Notes: generated from the letters alone by a model not told the origin. 37,224 nt of DNA from Deltaproteobacteria bacterium (GCA_016874875.1 VGTA01000001.1:1-37224), one strand, 5' to 3'; shown: positions 1-8,940, counted from the stretch's first letter. Program-made: numbers and translations.

Positions 1-1218
1 GGGGGCGGGCGCGGCGGGCGCGGCGGGCGCGGCGGGCGCGGCGGGCGCGGCGGGCGCGGCGGGCGCGGCGGGCGCGGCGGGCGCGGCGGGCGCGGCGGGC
101 GCGGCGGGCGCGGCGGGCGGGGGGGTACCGCCCTCGTCGGCGTCAAAGATGTCTGTCTCTTGCGTCACAGGGCGGCTCGCCGCGCCCTTGACGCGCGCGT
201 CGCCCTTCGCGTCGCCCTTCGCGTCGCCCCTCTGCGCCTCCACGCGCGGCGACTCCACCGGCGCCTCAGGGGGCGCCAGACCCTCGAGGTCCGTGATTCC
301 CTGCGGCGCCTCTAGCTCGAGGCGGGCGAGCAGCAGTCGCGCGCGCGACGAGAGGTCCTCGGCGGATGGGACGCGCTGGTCGGGGTTCTTGGCGAGGCAG
401 TCCGCCACCAGCTGCGCCGCCTCGGGGTGGATGTGCAGCTCAGGGAACTGCGCGCGGATGTCGGGCACCGGGTCGGTCAGGTGCGCCATCATCGTGCCCT
501 GCGGCGTCTCCGCCACGAAGGGCACGCGCCCCGTCAGCATCTGATAAAAGATCACGCCCACGGCGTAGATGTCGGTACGCTTGTCGAGGGGCTTGCCGCG
601 CACCTGCTCGGGGCTCATGTACTGCGGAGTCCCGAACACGGCGCCCTGGAGGGTGAGCGCCTGCTTGGAGGCCTCGAGCAGCGTGTTGTCGTTGACGATC
701 TTGGCGATGCTGAAATCGATGAGCTTGACGAAATCGGGGTGCCCGTCACGCGGGTCGATCTGGATGTTCTCGGGCTTGAGGTCGCGGTGAATCACCCCGC
801 AGCGGTGCACCTCGGAGAGGGCGCCGCAGATCTGCTCGATGATGCGGAGGCAGCGATCGAGGGCGAGCGGCCCCTCGCTCTCCAAGAGCGAGAGCAGACT
901 CTGCCCCTGCAGCAGCTCCATGATGATGTAGAACTCGCCGCGCTCCGTCTCGCCGTAGTCGTACACGGTCACCGTGTTGGGGTGGCGGAACTGCGAGGCC
1001 GTGAGCGCCTCGCGCTTAAAGCGCTCGAGCAGCTTGGGGTCCTTGGCCCAGTGCGCGTGCAGCACCTTAATGGCCACGTGGCGCCCGATGTTCACCTGCC
1101 GCGCCTCAAAGACGCGCCCCATCCCCCCCTCGCCGATGACCTGGAGCACCTCGTAGCGACCCCGATCGATGGTCTGGCCGACGAGCTCGCCGCCCCTCGA
1201 TGCGCTTAAATCACTCAT
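1..1218 (-). CDS. Hanks-type Ser/Thr protein kinase; C-terminus runs off the window start (partial)
   Basis: Absent from the ORF track because it is open at the window edge. Reverse-complement translation from ATG at 1218 gives MSDLSASRGGELVGQTIDRGRYEVLQVIGEGGMGRVFEA..VAIKVL..HRDLKPENIQ..DFSIAK..GTPQYMSPEQ. A low-complexity tail follows, (GDAK)x3 then (AAP)n. The + strand ORF 427..1209 is its antisense shadow. Confidence 0.85.
   Translation of the reverse strand, partial: MSDLSASRGGELVGQTIDRGRYEVLQVIGEGGMGRVFEARQVNIGRHVAIKVLHAHWAKDPKLLERFKREALTASQFRHPNTVTVYDYGETERGEFYIIMELLQGQSLLSLLESEGPLALDRCLRIIEQICGALSEVHRCGVIHRDLKPENIQIDPRDGHPDFVKLIDFSIAKIVNDNTLLEASKQALTLQGAVFGTPQYMSPEQVRGKPLDKRTDIYAVGVIFYQMLTGRVPFVAETPQGTMMAHLTDPVPDIRAQFPELHIHPEAAQLVADCLAKNPDQRVPSAEDLSSRARLLLARLELEAPQGITDLEGLAPPEAPVESPRVEAQRGDAKGDAKGDARVKGAASRPVTQETDIFDADEGGTPPPAAPAAPAAPAAPAAPAAPAAPAAPAAPAAPAAPAAPAP
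6..120. repeat. Tandem 9-mer cgggcgcgg, 12 full copies plus a partial one, truncated by the window edge
   Basis: Direct reading. The period is 9 nt, in frame with the minus-strand kinase, where it encodes (AAP)n. Confidence 0.95.
197..230. repeat. Tandem 12-mer gcgtcgcccttc, about 2.8 copies
   Basis: Direct reading. It encodes GDAKGDAKGDA in the kinase tail on the minus strand. Confidence 0.9.
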
Positions 1219-1342
1219 CTGCTCATCTGCTCTTGACTGTGTCGCTGATGTGGAGGGGGATGTGGAAGCGCGCGGCGCCCCTCTAGGGACCCCCGCAATC
1301 TACTTGATTGGGCTCGCGCTTTCTACAGCAAACTTCTACAGT

Positions 1343-1380
1343 ACACCGCGCCCTCTAGCGCACACCGCGCCCTCTAGCGC
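1343..1380. repeat. Perfect tandem duplication of the 19-mer acaccgcgccctctagcgc (2 copies)
   Basis: Direct reading. The second copy contains the TAG stop (cta at 1374-1376) of the minus-strand membrane-protein gene, so the duplication straddles that gene's 3' end. Confidence 0.95.
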
Positions 1381-2228
1381 AAGCCGCGCTCCGTGTACGC
1401 CCACGCGGCGAGGCAGCCGGCGAGTCCTGAGGCGCTGGTGGCGGAGGGCGCCAAGAGGAGCTCGAGGGCGCAGAAGGCGAGCGCCACCCACCGCAGGTCG
1501 CGGGCGGCGATGTTGAGCCACGGGAGGCGCTGAGCGCCGCCCTGCAGCCCCCAGGCGGTGATCAGCCCGCGCTGCAGCGCCGCGTCGCCGTGGAGGGGCG
1601 CCCCCCCCGCCGCGCTCAGCCACAGCGCCCCCGCCGCGCCCCCGGCGAGCGCCACCACCGCCACGAGGCGCGCGAGCCCCCGCGAGCCCACCCCTGGGCG
1701 TCGCTCTAGGGGGCGGGCGAACCACAGCAGGGTGAGGGCGCTGAGCGCGAGCGAGAAGACCACCCCCCCGAGCAGCAGCGCCGGCGCGAGCAGGGCGAGC
1801 GCCGCGGCGAGCGCCGTGTAGAGGGGCTCGCGACGCGGCGGCAGCCCCTGCGCGAGGCCGCTCGTCGAGTAGGCCCACAGCCCCCCGAGCAGGATCAGCG
1901 GCAGCGGCGAGCTGGGGGGGACGGCGAGGGGGGCGGTGAGCAGCCCCCAGAGCCGCCCCGCCCGCAGCCCCTCGGCGCTCAGCAGCGTCGCCCCCGGCGC
2001 CACGCTCGCCGCCACCGACAAGAGCGCCATCGCCCCCCACAGCGGCCACAGGAGGGAGGCGCGCGGCGGGAGGGCGCCGGCGACGAGCGCCTGCGCCCGC
2101 CGCCCGCCGCGCGCGACCTCGTCGAGCAGCGCCTGGAGGGGAGGGGGCGCGTGCGGCGGGCGGGGCGCGTGCGGCGGGCGGGGCGCGTGCGGCGGGCGGG
2201 GCGCGTGCGGCGGGCGGGGGGAGGACAT
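1374..2228 (-). CDS. Hypothetical multi-pass membrane protein with an N-terminal (PRPPHA)x4 repeat
   Basis: ORF-track 284 aa. It has several long hydrophobic Leu/Ala/Gly-rich segments (for example LWPLWGAMALLSVAASVA, LALLAPALLLGGVVFSLALSALTLLWF, LARLVAVVALAGGAAGALWL). I recognise no family motif. The overlapping 335-aa ORF 1336..2343 in another frame is Arg/Ala-rich and looks like high-GC noise. Confidence 0.6.
   Translation of the reverse strand: MSSPRPPHAPRPPHAPRPPHAPRPPHAPPPLQALLDEVARGGRRAQALVAGALPPRASLLWPLWGAMALLSVAASVAPGATLLSAEGLRAGRLWGLLTAPLAVPPSSPLPLILLGGLWAYSTSGLAQGLPPRREPLYTALAAALALLAPALLLGGVVFSLALSALTLLWFARPLERRPGVGSRGLARLVAVVALAGGAAGALWLSAAGGAPLHGDAALQRGLITAWGLQGGAQRLPWLNIAARDLRWVALAFCALELLLAPSATSASGLAGCLAAWAYTERGLR
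2144..2215. repeat. Perfect tandem 18-mer ggggcgcgtgcggcgggc, 4 copies
   Basis: Direct reading. It encodes PRPPHA x4 at the N-terminus of the minus-strand membrane protein. Confidence 0.95.
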
Positions 2229-2341
2229 GGGATGACTCCGCGTTGTGTTTCATTCGCCGCTTGGCTATACACCGATCCTCCAAAGCGCAACGCCTAAAAC
2301 AACGCCCAGACCGCCCCCCTGTCCACCGAGGAGACTCCCTC

Positions 2342-4096
2342 ATGCGCGCCTCGCGGCTCTACGCGCCCACCCTCAAAGAGAATCCCAACGACGCCGAGGT
2401 GGTGAGCCACCAGCTCCTCACGCGCGCCGGCTATATCCGCAAGCTCACCGCCGGGGTTTACGACTTCCTGCCCCTCTCGCGCCGCGTCCTGCGCAAGATC
2501 GAGACGATCATCCGCGAGGAGCTCGACCGCGCCGGCGCGCAGGAGCTGCTGATGCCCCTCGTGCAGCCCGCCGAGATCTGGCAGGAGTCGGGGCGCTGGC
2601 AGCAGTACGGCCCTGAGCTGCTGCGCTTTAAGGACCGCAAGGGCGCCGAGTTCTGCCTCGGCCCCACCCACGAGGAGGTCATCGTAGACATCGTCCGCCG
2701 CGACGTGCGCTCGTGGCGCGACCTGCCCCTCAACCTGTATCAAATCCAGGTCAAGTTTCGCGACGAGGTGCGCCCGCGCGCTGGGCTGATGCGCGGCCGC
2801 GAGTTTATCATGAAGGACGCCTACTCCTTTGACGTGGACGAGGCGGCGGCGCTCACCACCTACGACGCCATGTATGACGCCTACAAGGCGATCTTTACGC
2901 GCTGCGGTCTCGATTTCCGCCCCGTGGAGGCCGACACGGGCTCCATCGGCGGCTCGCGCTCCCACGAGTTTCAGGTGCTCGCCGAGAGCGGCGAGGACGC
3001 CATCGTGAGCTGCGACGCCTGCGACTACGCCGCCAACGTGGAGCAGGCGGAGCTGCGCGCCCCCGCCCTCGCCCCCGCCGCCCCGAGCGCCCCCGCCCCC
3101 ACCGTGGTCGCCACGCCGCAGCTCAAGAGCATCGACGAGGTGAGCGCCCACCTCGGGCTGCCGGCGCGCGCCCTGATCAAGTCGCTGGTGGTGGAGGCGG
3201 ACGGCGCGCTGGTGATGGCGCTGGTGCGCGGCGACCACGAGCTCAACGAGATCAAGCTCAAGAAGCTGCTCGGCGCCACCAGCGTGGAGATGGCCTCCGA
3301 GGAGCGGATTCTCAAGTCCTTTGGTGTGCCCGCGGGCTTCTTGGGGCCCCACGCCCTCCCCGCCGGCGCCGTGAGCCGCGTGGTGGCGGACGCCGCCCTG
3401 CGCGGCGCCGTGGACATGGCCACGGGCGCCAACACACGTGACGCGCACTTCACCGGCGTGAGCCTTGAGCGCGACGCGCAGGTGAGCGCCTACGCCGACC
3501 TCCGCCTCGCCGGCGCCGGCGACGACTGCCCCCGCTGCAGCGGCAAGCTCCGCGCCTTCCGCGGCATTGAGGTGGGGCACGTGTTCTATCTGGGCACCAA
3601 GTACAGCGCCGCCATGAAGTGCCACATCATCGACGAGCAGAGCGTGGAGCGCCCCATCGTGATGGGCTGCTACGGCATCGGCGTCTCGCGCGTGATGGCG
3701 GCCGCCATCGAGCAGAACCACGACGCCGAGGGCATCTGCTGGCCTATGGCGATCGCGCCCTTCCAGGTGCACATCCTCACGCTTCAGCCCAACGTCCCCG
3801 AGGTGGTCGCGTGCGCCGAGGCGCTCTATGCCGCCTGCCAGCGCGCGGGCATCGAGGCGCTCTACGACGACCGCGAGCTGCGCGCCGGCGCCAAGTTCAA
3901 GGACGCCGACCTGATGGGCATCCCGCTGCGGGTGGCCATCGGCGGGCGCGGCGTCAAGGACGGCGTGGTGGAGGTCAAGGGGCGCCGCGAGGCCGCCGCC
4001 ACCCTGGTGCAGATCAGCGGGGCGGTGGAGCACCTCAAGGCGCAGATCGCAGGGCAGCTCACAGGGCAGCTCACGCCCGCAGAGCGCGCGCAGTGA
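2342..4096 (+). CDS. proS: Prolyl-tRNA synthetase, bacterial type with an internal editing-domain-sized insert
   Basis: The translation MRASRLYAPTLKENPNDAEVVSHQLLTRAGYIRKLTAGVYDFLPL..FRDEVRPRAGLMRGREFIMKDAYSF..GCYGIGVSRVMAA is typical ProRS. The start is moved from the track start (2243) to ATG 2342, which is preceded by gaggag. The C-terminus carries a GQLTGQLT duplication (12-mer x2 at 4051-4074). Confidence 0.93.
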   Translation: MRASRLYAPTLKENPNDAEVVSHQLLTRAGYIRKLTAGVYDFLPLSRRVLRKIETIIREELDRAGAQELLMPLVQPAEIWQESGRWQQYGPELLRFKDRKGAEFCLGPTHEEVIVDIVRRDVRSWRDLPLNLYQIQVKFRDEVRPRAGLMRGREFIMKDAYSFDVDEAAALTTYDAMYDAYKAIFTRCGLDFRPVEADTGSIGGSRSHEFQVLAESGEDAIVSCDACDYAANVEQAELRAPALAPAAPSAPAPTVVATPQLKSIDEVSAHLGLPARALIKSLVVEADGALVMALVRGDHELNEIKLKKLLGATSVEMASEERILKSFGVPAGFLGPHALPAGAVSRVVADAALRGAVDMATGANTRDAHFTGVSLERDAQVSAYADLRLAGAGDDCPRCSGKLRAFRGIEVGHVFYLGTKYSAAMKCHIIDEQSVERPIVMGCYGIGVSRVMAAAIEQNHDAEGICWPMAIAPFQVHILTLQPNVPEVVACAEALYAACQRAGIEALYDDRELRAGAKFKDADLMGIPLRVAIGGRGVKDGVVEVKGRREAAATLVQISGAVEHLKAQIAGQLTGQLTPAERAQ

Positions 4097-4872
4097 GCGG
4101 CGAGCGCCCCCCGAGAGACAGAGACGAGCGCGCCCCCTACGAGGAGACGATCCTCTTTGGCGTCCACGCCCTCGCCACCGTCCTCGCCCACGCCCCTGAG
4201 CGCGTGCTGCGCGTCCTCTACAGCGGCCCCCGCCTCGGCGCGCGCGGCGCCGTGCTCGAGGCGGCGGAGGGGGCGGGCGTGGCGGTGGAGCAGGCGCGCG
4301 ACCGGCAGCTCGACCACCTGCTCCCCGACGAGCAGCATCAGGGCCTCCTCGCCTTCGTGCGCCCCGCGCCGCTCGTCGAGTGGCACGACCTCTGCGCCCT
4401 CGCCGCCGCCCCGGAGGCGCCGCTGCTCGTGGCGCTCGACCAGGTGACCGACGCGCGCAACTTTGGCGCCATCCTGCGCTCCGCCGAGGCGCTCGGCGCC
4501 CGCGGCGCCGTCATCACCAGCAACCGCTGCGCCCGCCCCGGCCCCATCGCCGCGCGCACCTCGGCGGGGGCGAGCGAGCTGCTGCCCATCGCTATGGTCA
4601 CCAACCTCTCGCAGGCGCTCCTCGAGGCCAAGGAGGCCGGCTTCCAGGTGGTGGGCGCTGACATGGACGGCGACCCCGCCTATGCGCTCGACTGGGCGCC
4701 CCCCACCGTCCTCGTCATCGGCGCTGAGGGCAAGGGCCTGCGCCATAAGACGCGCGCTACGTGCGACCACGTGGCGTCGATTCCGCTGCGCGGTCACACC
4801 GAGAGCCTCAACGCCTCCGTGGCGGCCGGCGTGCTCTTGTATGAGGCGAGCAAGGCGCGGGGGGGGCGCTAG
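4093..4872 (+). CDS. rlmB: SpoU/TrmH-family RNA 2'-O-methyltransferase, RlmB-like
   Basis: This is the C-terminal 259 codons of track ORF 3619..4872: ILFGVHALATVL..DQVTDARNFGAILRSAEALGA..LVIGAEGKGLRHKT..IPLRGHTESLNASVAAGVLLYE. The proposed start is GTG 4093, which overlaps the proS stop (gtga). The upstream part of the track ORF overlaps proS out of frame and is rejected. Confidence 0.75.
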   Translation: MSGERPPRDRDERAPYEETILFGVHALATVLAHAPERVLRVLYSGPRLGARGAVLEAAEGAGVAVEQARDRQLDHLLPDEQHQGLLAFVRPAPLVEWHDLCALAAAPEAPLLVALDQVTDARNFGAILRSAEALGARGAVITSNRCARPGPIAARTSAGASELLPIAMVTNLSQALLEAKEAGFQVVGADMDGDPAYALDWAPPTVLVIGAEGKGLRHKTRATCDHVASIPLRGHTESLNASVAAGVLLYEASKARGGR

Positions 4873-4914
4873 AGGGGGCTGGGGCTAAAAAAACGCCCCC
4901 GCATAAAATAAATC

Positions 4915-4943
4915 TTGACCCGCCCCCCGAGAGCCGCTATATC
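4915..4943 (+). promoter_or_regulatory. Sigma70-like promoter for the tRNA-tuf operon
   Basis: TTGACC, then 17 nt, then TATATC. An unusually A/T-rich stretch (ctaaaaaaacgcccccgcataaaataaatc) lies upstream, which stands out in a high-GC genome. The site is 28 nt upstream of the first tRNA. Confidence 0.5.
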
Positions 4944-4970
4944 CCTCCTCGCTCAACGGAGCAAAGCTGC

Positions 4971-5043
4971 GCTGGTGTAGCTCAATTGGCAGAGCAGCTG
5001 ATTTGTAATCAGCAGGTTAAGGGTTCAAGTCCCTTCATCAGCT
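4971..5043 (+). tRNA. tRNA-Thr (anticodon UGU)
   Basis: Hand-folded cloverleaf: acceptor gctggtg/catcagc, anticodon arm gctga-tttgtaa-tcagc, T arm aaggg-ttcaagt-ccctt. No CCA is encoded. Confidence 0.9.
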
Positions 5044-5143
5044 CTCGCTCCATCAGATCTCGATCTTTATACACAAACAAAGAGGTGCTAAGAGCCTCCC
5101 ATGTCTCGCTGATCGCGCCTCGCGCGGTGAGCGTATCGTAGAC

Positions 5144-5227
5144 GGGGGGATGTCCGAGTGGCCAAAGGAATCAGGCTGTAAACCTGACACGCGACGCGTT
5201 TCGAAGGTTCGAATCCTTCTCCCCCCA
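5144..5227 (+). tRNA. tRNA-Tyr (anticodon GUA), class II with a long variable arm
   Basis: Acceptor gggggga/tcccccc, anticodon arm tcagg-ctgtaaa-cctga, variable stem acgcg/cgcgt, T arm gaagg-ttcgaat-ccttc. Confidence 0.9.
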
Positions 5228-5251
5228 CTCACCAGGCGAGGCCTTAGCTGC

Positions 5252-5324
5252 GCGGGAGTAGCTCAGTTGGTAGAGCGTCAGCCTTCCAAGCTGAACGTCG
5301 CGGGTTCAAATCCCGTCTCCCGCT
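5252..5324 (+). tRNA. tRNA-Gly (anticodon UCC)
   Basis: Acceptor gcgggag/ctcccgc, anticodon arm tcagc-cttccaa-gctga, T arm gcggg-ttcaaat-cccgt. Confidence 0.9.
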
Positions 5325-5361
5325 CTGAGCGCCTTGGCTCTAAGCGCCTTGGCTCTGAGCG
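5325..5361. repeat. Tandem 15-mer ctgagcgccttggct / ctaagcgccttggct, about 2.5 copies
   Basis: Direct reading. It starts immediately 3' of tRNA-Gly. Three looser ~17-nt repeats (cctctgtctccagtgg-like) follow at about 5420-5470. Confidence 0.85.
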
Positions 5362-5475
5362 AATCTGCTCACCCCCTAGGTCAAGCGCCCACAGCGCCTC
5401 CGCCTCGGGGGAGCGCCTCTGTCTCCAGTGGGCCTCTGTATCTAGTGCGCCCCTGTCTTTGGTGGTAGTTAACAC

Positions 5476-5548
<73 letters not shown>

Positions 5549-5632
5549 TTCACACCCCTCTCAACTCCTGAGTCCATCCAAAGAAGCCAACGCGCGTGGC
5601 TGGGCTCAAGTCCCTCTCTAGGAGATCCTCAA

Positions 5633-6811
<1,179 letters not shown>

Positions 6812-6841
6812 GGCTCAGTCCCTCTAGGGCCATCGCGCCCA

Positions 6842-6950
6842 GAGACCGACGCCCCGACGGGGGGCAACCAAGGGCGTGCGCGGCCTCAAGAGCTGCGCAC
6901 GCCTTTGTTTAGGGCGCGCAGCGCTCGGGGTTCAACTCCCCGCGGTCTCC
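6842..6950 (+). ncRNA. tRNA-like element, not a canonical tRNA
   Basis: It has a 7-bp acceptor-type helix gagaccg/cggtctc, a canonical T arm cgggg-ttcaact-ccccg abutting the 3' acceptor strand, and a small variable-type hairpin gcgc-gca-gcgc. The central stem is 16 bp with a 7-nt loop ctcaaga (U33-like T, CAA at the anticodon positions). The 5' half lacks U8/A14-type conserved bases. Confidence 0.3.
6869..6911 (+). terminator. Intrinsic terminator-like hairpin downstream of tuf
   Basis: The GC-rich stem (core ggcgtgcgcggc / gctgcgcacgcc) has the loop ctcaaga and is followed directly by tttgttta. Confidence 0.6.
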
Positions 6951-7131
6951 TCAACCACACCCTCAGCCCTCCACCCACCTAGACGCCTTCGCCTAGCGTG
7001 GGGGCGGGCGCCCATCGAGAGCCTAGGCTCTGAGGTCGTGTGCGGTCCCGCGCTCAGCTCGCACCTCTCACGCCTCTCGCGCCCTTGCAGGTGCGTCGCC
7101 TCGGCTCGCTCTCAACCGCAGGGGACCTCCT

Positions 7132-7560
7132 ATGTCAAGCACCGCACCTAGCGCCGTCCGCGCCGTCGACCAATCTCAGGCGCTCCAGGACCGCCTCAAG
7201 CGTGGATTCTACTTCCTCGCCACCCTGGCCGCCGCCGTCTTCTACACCAAGCTGATGGCCTCGGCGTTCGCCGCGCTCGCGTTGAAGGACGCCCCGCTGC
7301 TCGGGCGCGGCTTCACGATGAGCACGGTCTACGCCCTCGGGCTCACCGCCCTCACGATCTGGTTCGCCCTCGCCTCGCCGCGCGCGCGCCTGTTCATCGA
7401 TGAGGTGGCGCAGGAGCTGGTCAAGGTGTCGTGGCCCACCTTTGACGAGTCCAAGCTGCAGACCATCCAGATCGCCCTCACGACGGCCATCATCGCCGTG
7501 ATTCTCTACGTCTTTGACTTTGTGTTTGGTGGTCTCACCAACATGATTCTCTCCTTTTAA
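7132..7560 (+). CDS. secE: Preprotein translocase subunit SecE (three-TM form)
   Basis: It has hydrophobic segments plus the conserved C-terminal block FIDEVAQELVKVSWPTFDES..TTAIIAVILYVFDFVF, and it sits directly upstream of nusG. Confidence 0.85.
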   Translation: MSSTAPSAVRAVDQSQALQDRLKRGFYFLATLAAAVFYTKLMASAFAALALKDAPLLGRGFTMSTVYALGLTALTIWFALASPRARLFIDEVAQELVKVSWPTFDESKLQTIQIALTTAIIAVILYVFDFVFGGLTNMILSF

Positions 7561-7575
7561 GCGGGGCGCCAGAAC

Positions 7576-8832
7576 ATGTCTGAGCACGCTCAACTCGGCG
7601 CCTGGCACATCGTCCAGACCGCCCCCCGCGCAGAGCTCGACGTGAGCGCCTCGCTCGCGCGCCTCTGCAACGCAGAGGGGCACGAGCACGCCCTCGTCCC
7701 AGCCCTCTCCGCCATCAGCCACACGCACCGCGGCAGCGTGCCCTACTTTGGGCTCGTGTTTTGGCGCGTGGAGCTCACCGCCGACCTGCGCCGCGCCGCC
7801 GAGGCGCTGCCCGGCGTCCACGGGCTGGTCTGCGAGCCGGAGACCTACATCCTCGAGTTCGACGGCGGCGGCAACGACCACGTCTCTCAGGCGATCGCCA
7901 AGATCAACCAGGTGGGCATCACCCAAGAGGTGGCCGCCGGGCGCGCCCCCTTCGTGCTGACCGCCCTCACGGAGGCCTCCAAGCAGACTCACAGCAAGGC
8001 CATCCCCGCCCTCTACCTAGAGCTCCACGGGCGCCCCGCGCCGCGCACCACCTCGTTCCTCGAGGTGAAGATGCGCTGCACGGCGCACACCCGCCGCCTC
8101 CTGCGCGAGATTCCCGGCGTGGTCGACCTGCTCGGCGGCGACTCCCCCGTGGTCCGCCGCGGCAAGGCGCTCACGCGCGACCACGAGGCGCGCCCGGTCA
8201 CCGTCCGCCCAGAGGTGGTCGAGGTCCTCCGGGGCTACCTGTATCACGTCTATGTGCTCCAGACGTCGTCCAACTTTGAGGAGCAGGTCATCCGCTCGCT
8301 CCACGCCACGCGCTCTCAGCAGGAGGCCGCCCTGTTCGCGGGGAGCTCCTCGGGTCTGCTGATCAACGGCGTGCGCCTCGTCAACGGCGAGCAGCGCGCC
8401 GAGCCGGGGCGCAACGTCAAGGGCTACATGTACATCTCCGCCCACATGGACGCCGACAGCTGGCACATCATCAAGTCGATTCCGCGCGTCATCGGCTTCG
8501 TGGGCGGCCAGAGCCTCGAGAAGGTGCGCCCCGTCTCGAGCCGGGAGCTCGACAGCGTGGGCTTCTCGCGCCGCGACGTCAAGCAGGGCGCGGCGGTCAA
8601 GGTGGAGGAGGAGGCGCTCTACTCGGTGGGCGACCTCGTGGACATCATCGACGGCCCCTTCGCCACCTACGCCGGGCAGGTGCAGGACGTGGACTCGCAG
8701 GGCAAGCTCCTCAAGGTCCTCATCTCCACCAGCCACTCCTCCTCGTCCCGCGACGCCCGCGCCCGCTTCTCGACGGACCTCAGCTTCTCGGCGGAGGTGG
8801 AGTTTAAGCAGGTGCGCCCGGCAGAGCTCTGA
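7576..8832 (+). CDS. nusG: NusG-family transcription elongation factor, unusually long (418 aa) with extra N-terminal NGN-like modules
   Basis: The C-terminal ~200 aa match NusG: LYHVYVLQTSSNFEEQVIRSL..KGYMYISAHMDADSWHIIKSIPRVIGFVGG..VRPVSSRELDSV, plus the KOW block GDLVDIIDGPFATYAGQVQDV..KVLIS...VEFKQV. It lies at the secE-nusG-rplK position. Confidence 0.85.
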   Translation: MSEHAQLGAWHIVQTAPRAELDVSASLARLCNAEGHEHALVPALSAISHTHRGSVPYFGLVFWRVELTADLRRAAEALPGVHGLVCEPETYILEFDGGGNDHVSQAIAKINQVGITQEVAAGRAPFVLTALTEASKQTHSKAIPALYLELHGRPAPRTTSFLEVKMRCTAHTRRLLREIPGVVDLLGGDSPVVRRGKALTRDHEARPVTVRPEVVEVLRGYLYHVYVLQTSSNFEEQVIRSLHATRSQQEAALFAGSSSGLLINGVRLVNGEQRAEPGRNVKGYMYISAHMDADSWHIIKSIPRVIGFVGGQSLEKVRPVSSRELDSVGFSRRDVKQGAAVKVEEEALYSVGDLVDIIDGPFATYAGQVQDVDSQGKLLKVLISTSHSSSSRDARARFSTDLSFSAEVEFKQVRPAEL

Positions 8833-8873
8833 GCGCGCGGCGCCGCGCGCGGCGCCGCTCATCACAAAAAAAC

Positions 8874-8902
8874 TTGACAACCCGGCGCCCTCTCTTTAGA
8901 GA
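8874..8902 (+). promoter_or_regulatory. Sigma70-like promoter upstream of rplK
   Basis: TTGACA, then 17 nt, then TAGAGA, preceded by acaaaaaaac. Confidence 0.4.
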
Positions 8903-8940
8903 GGTCAACCCTTGATGCGCGGCGCCCGCCCGTCAAACTC

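Noticed and set aside
1-125. The repeat array at the window start, considered as a possible CRISPR array.
   Set aside because: The 9-nt units are directly abutting with no spacers. The array is in frame within the kinase gene and encodes (AAP)n.
427-1209. A 260-aa + strand ORF at the left end.
   Set aside because: It is the antisense shadow of the minus-strand Ser/Thr kinase, whose HRDLKPEN, VAIK and GTPQYMSPE motifs are clear.
1336-2343. A 335-aa minus-strand ORF overlapping the membrane-protein gene in another frame, together with the small + strand ORFs 1558..1821 and 1936..2235.
   Set aside because: These are extremely Arg/Ala/Pro/Gly-rich sequences typical of off-frame translation of GC-rich DNA. 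The 284-aa frame has coherent hydrophobic segments.
3619-4092. The N-terminal 158 codons of track ORF 3619..4872.
   Set aside because: They overlap the proS 3' region out of frame and are Arg/Gly/His-rich. Recognisable SpoU-methyltransferase sequence starts only after the proS stop, where a GTG at 4093 is available.
6885-6891. Reading the tRNA-like loop as a UCA (Sec or opal-suppressor) or CCA (Trp) anticodon.
   Set aside because: With the only register that places T at position 33 of a 7-nt loop (c-t-CAA-g-a), the anticodon positions read CAA. tca is out of register, and the nearby aaccaag lacks U33. The 16-bp stem is in any case incompatible with a decoding tRNA.
6876-7151. A 91-aa ORF in the tuf-secE spacer, considered as a candidate for the missing rpmG (L33).
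   Set aside because: It bears no resemblance to L33 (no Cys-x2-Cys pairs, wrong length) and has Arg/Ser/Leu-rich noise composition.
8833-8870. The GC hairpin right after nusG (gcggcgcc-gcgc-ggcgccgc), considered as a terminator.
   Set aside because: It is followed by an A-run (atcacaaaaaaac), not a T-run, on the sense strand. More likely it is just the tandem gcgcggcgcc duplication next to the A-rich upstream region of the rplK promoter.
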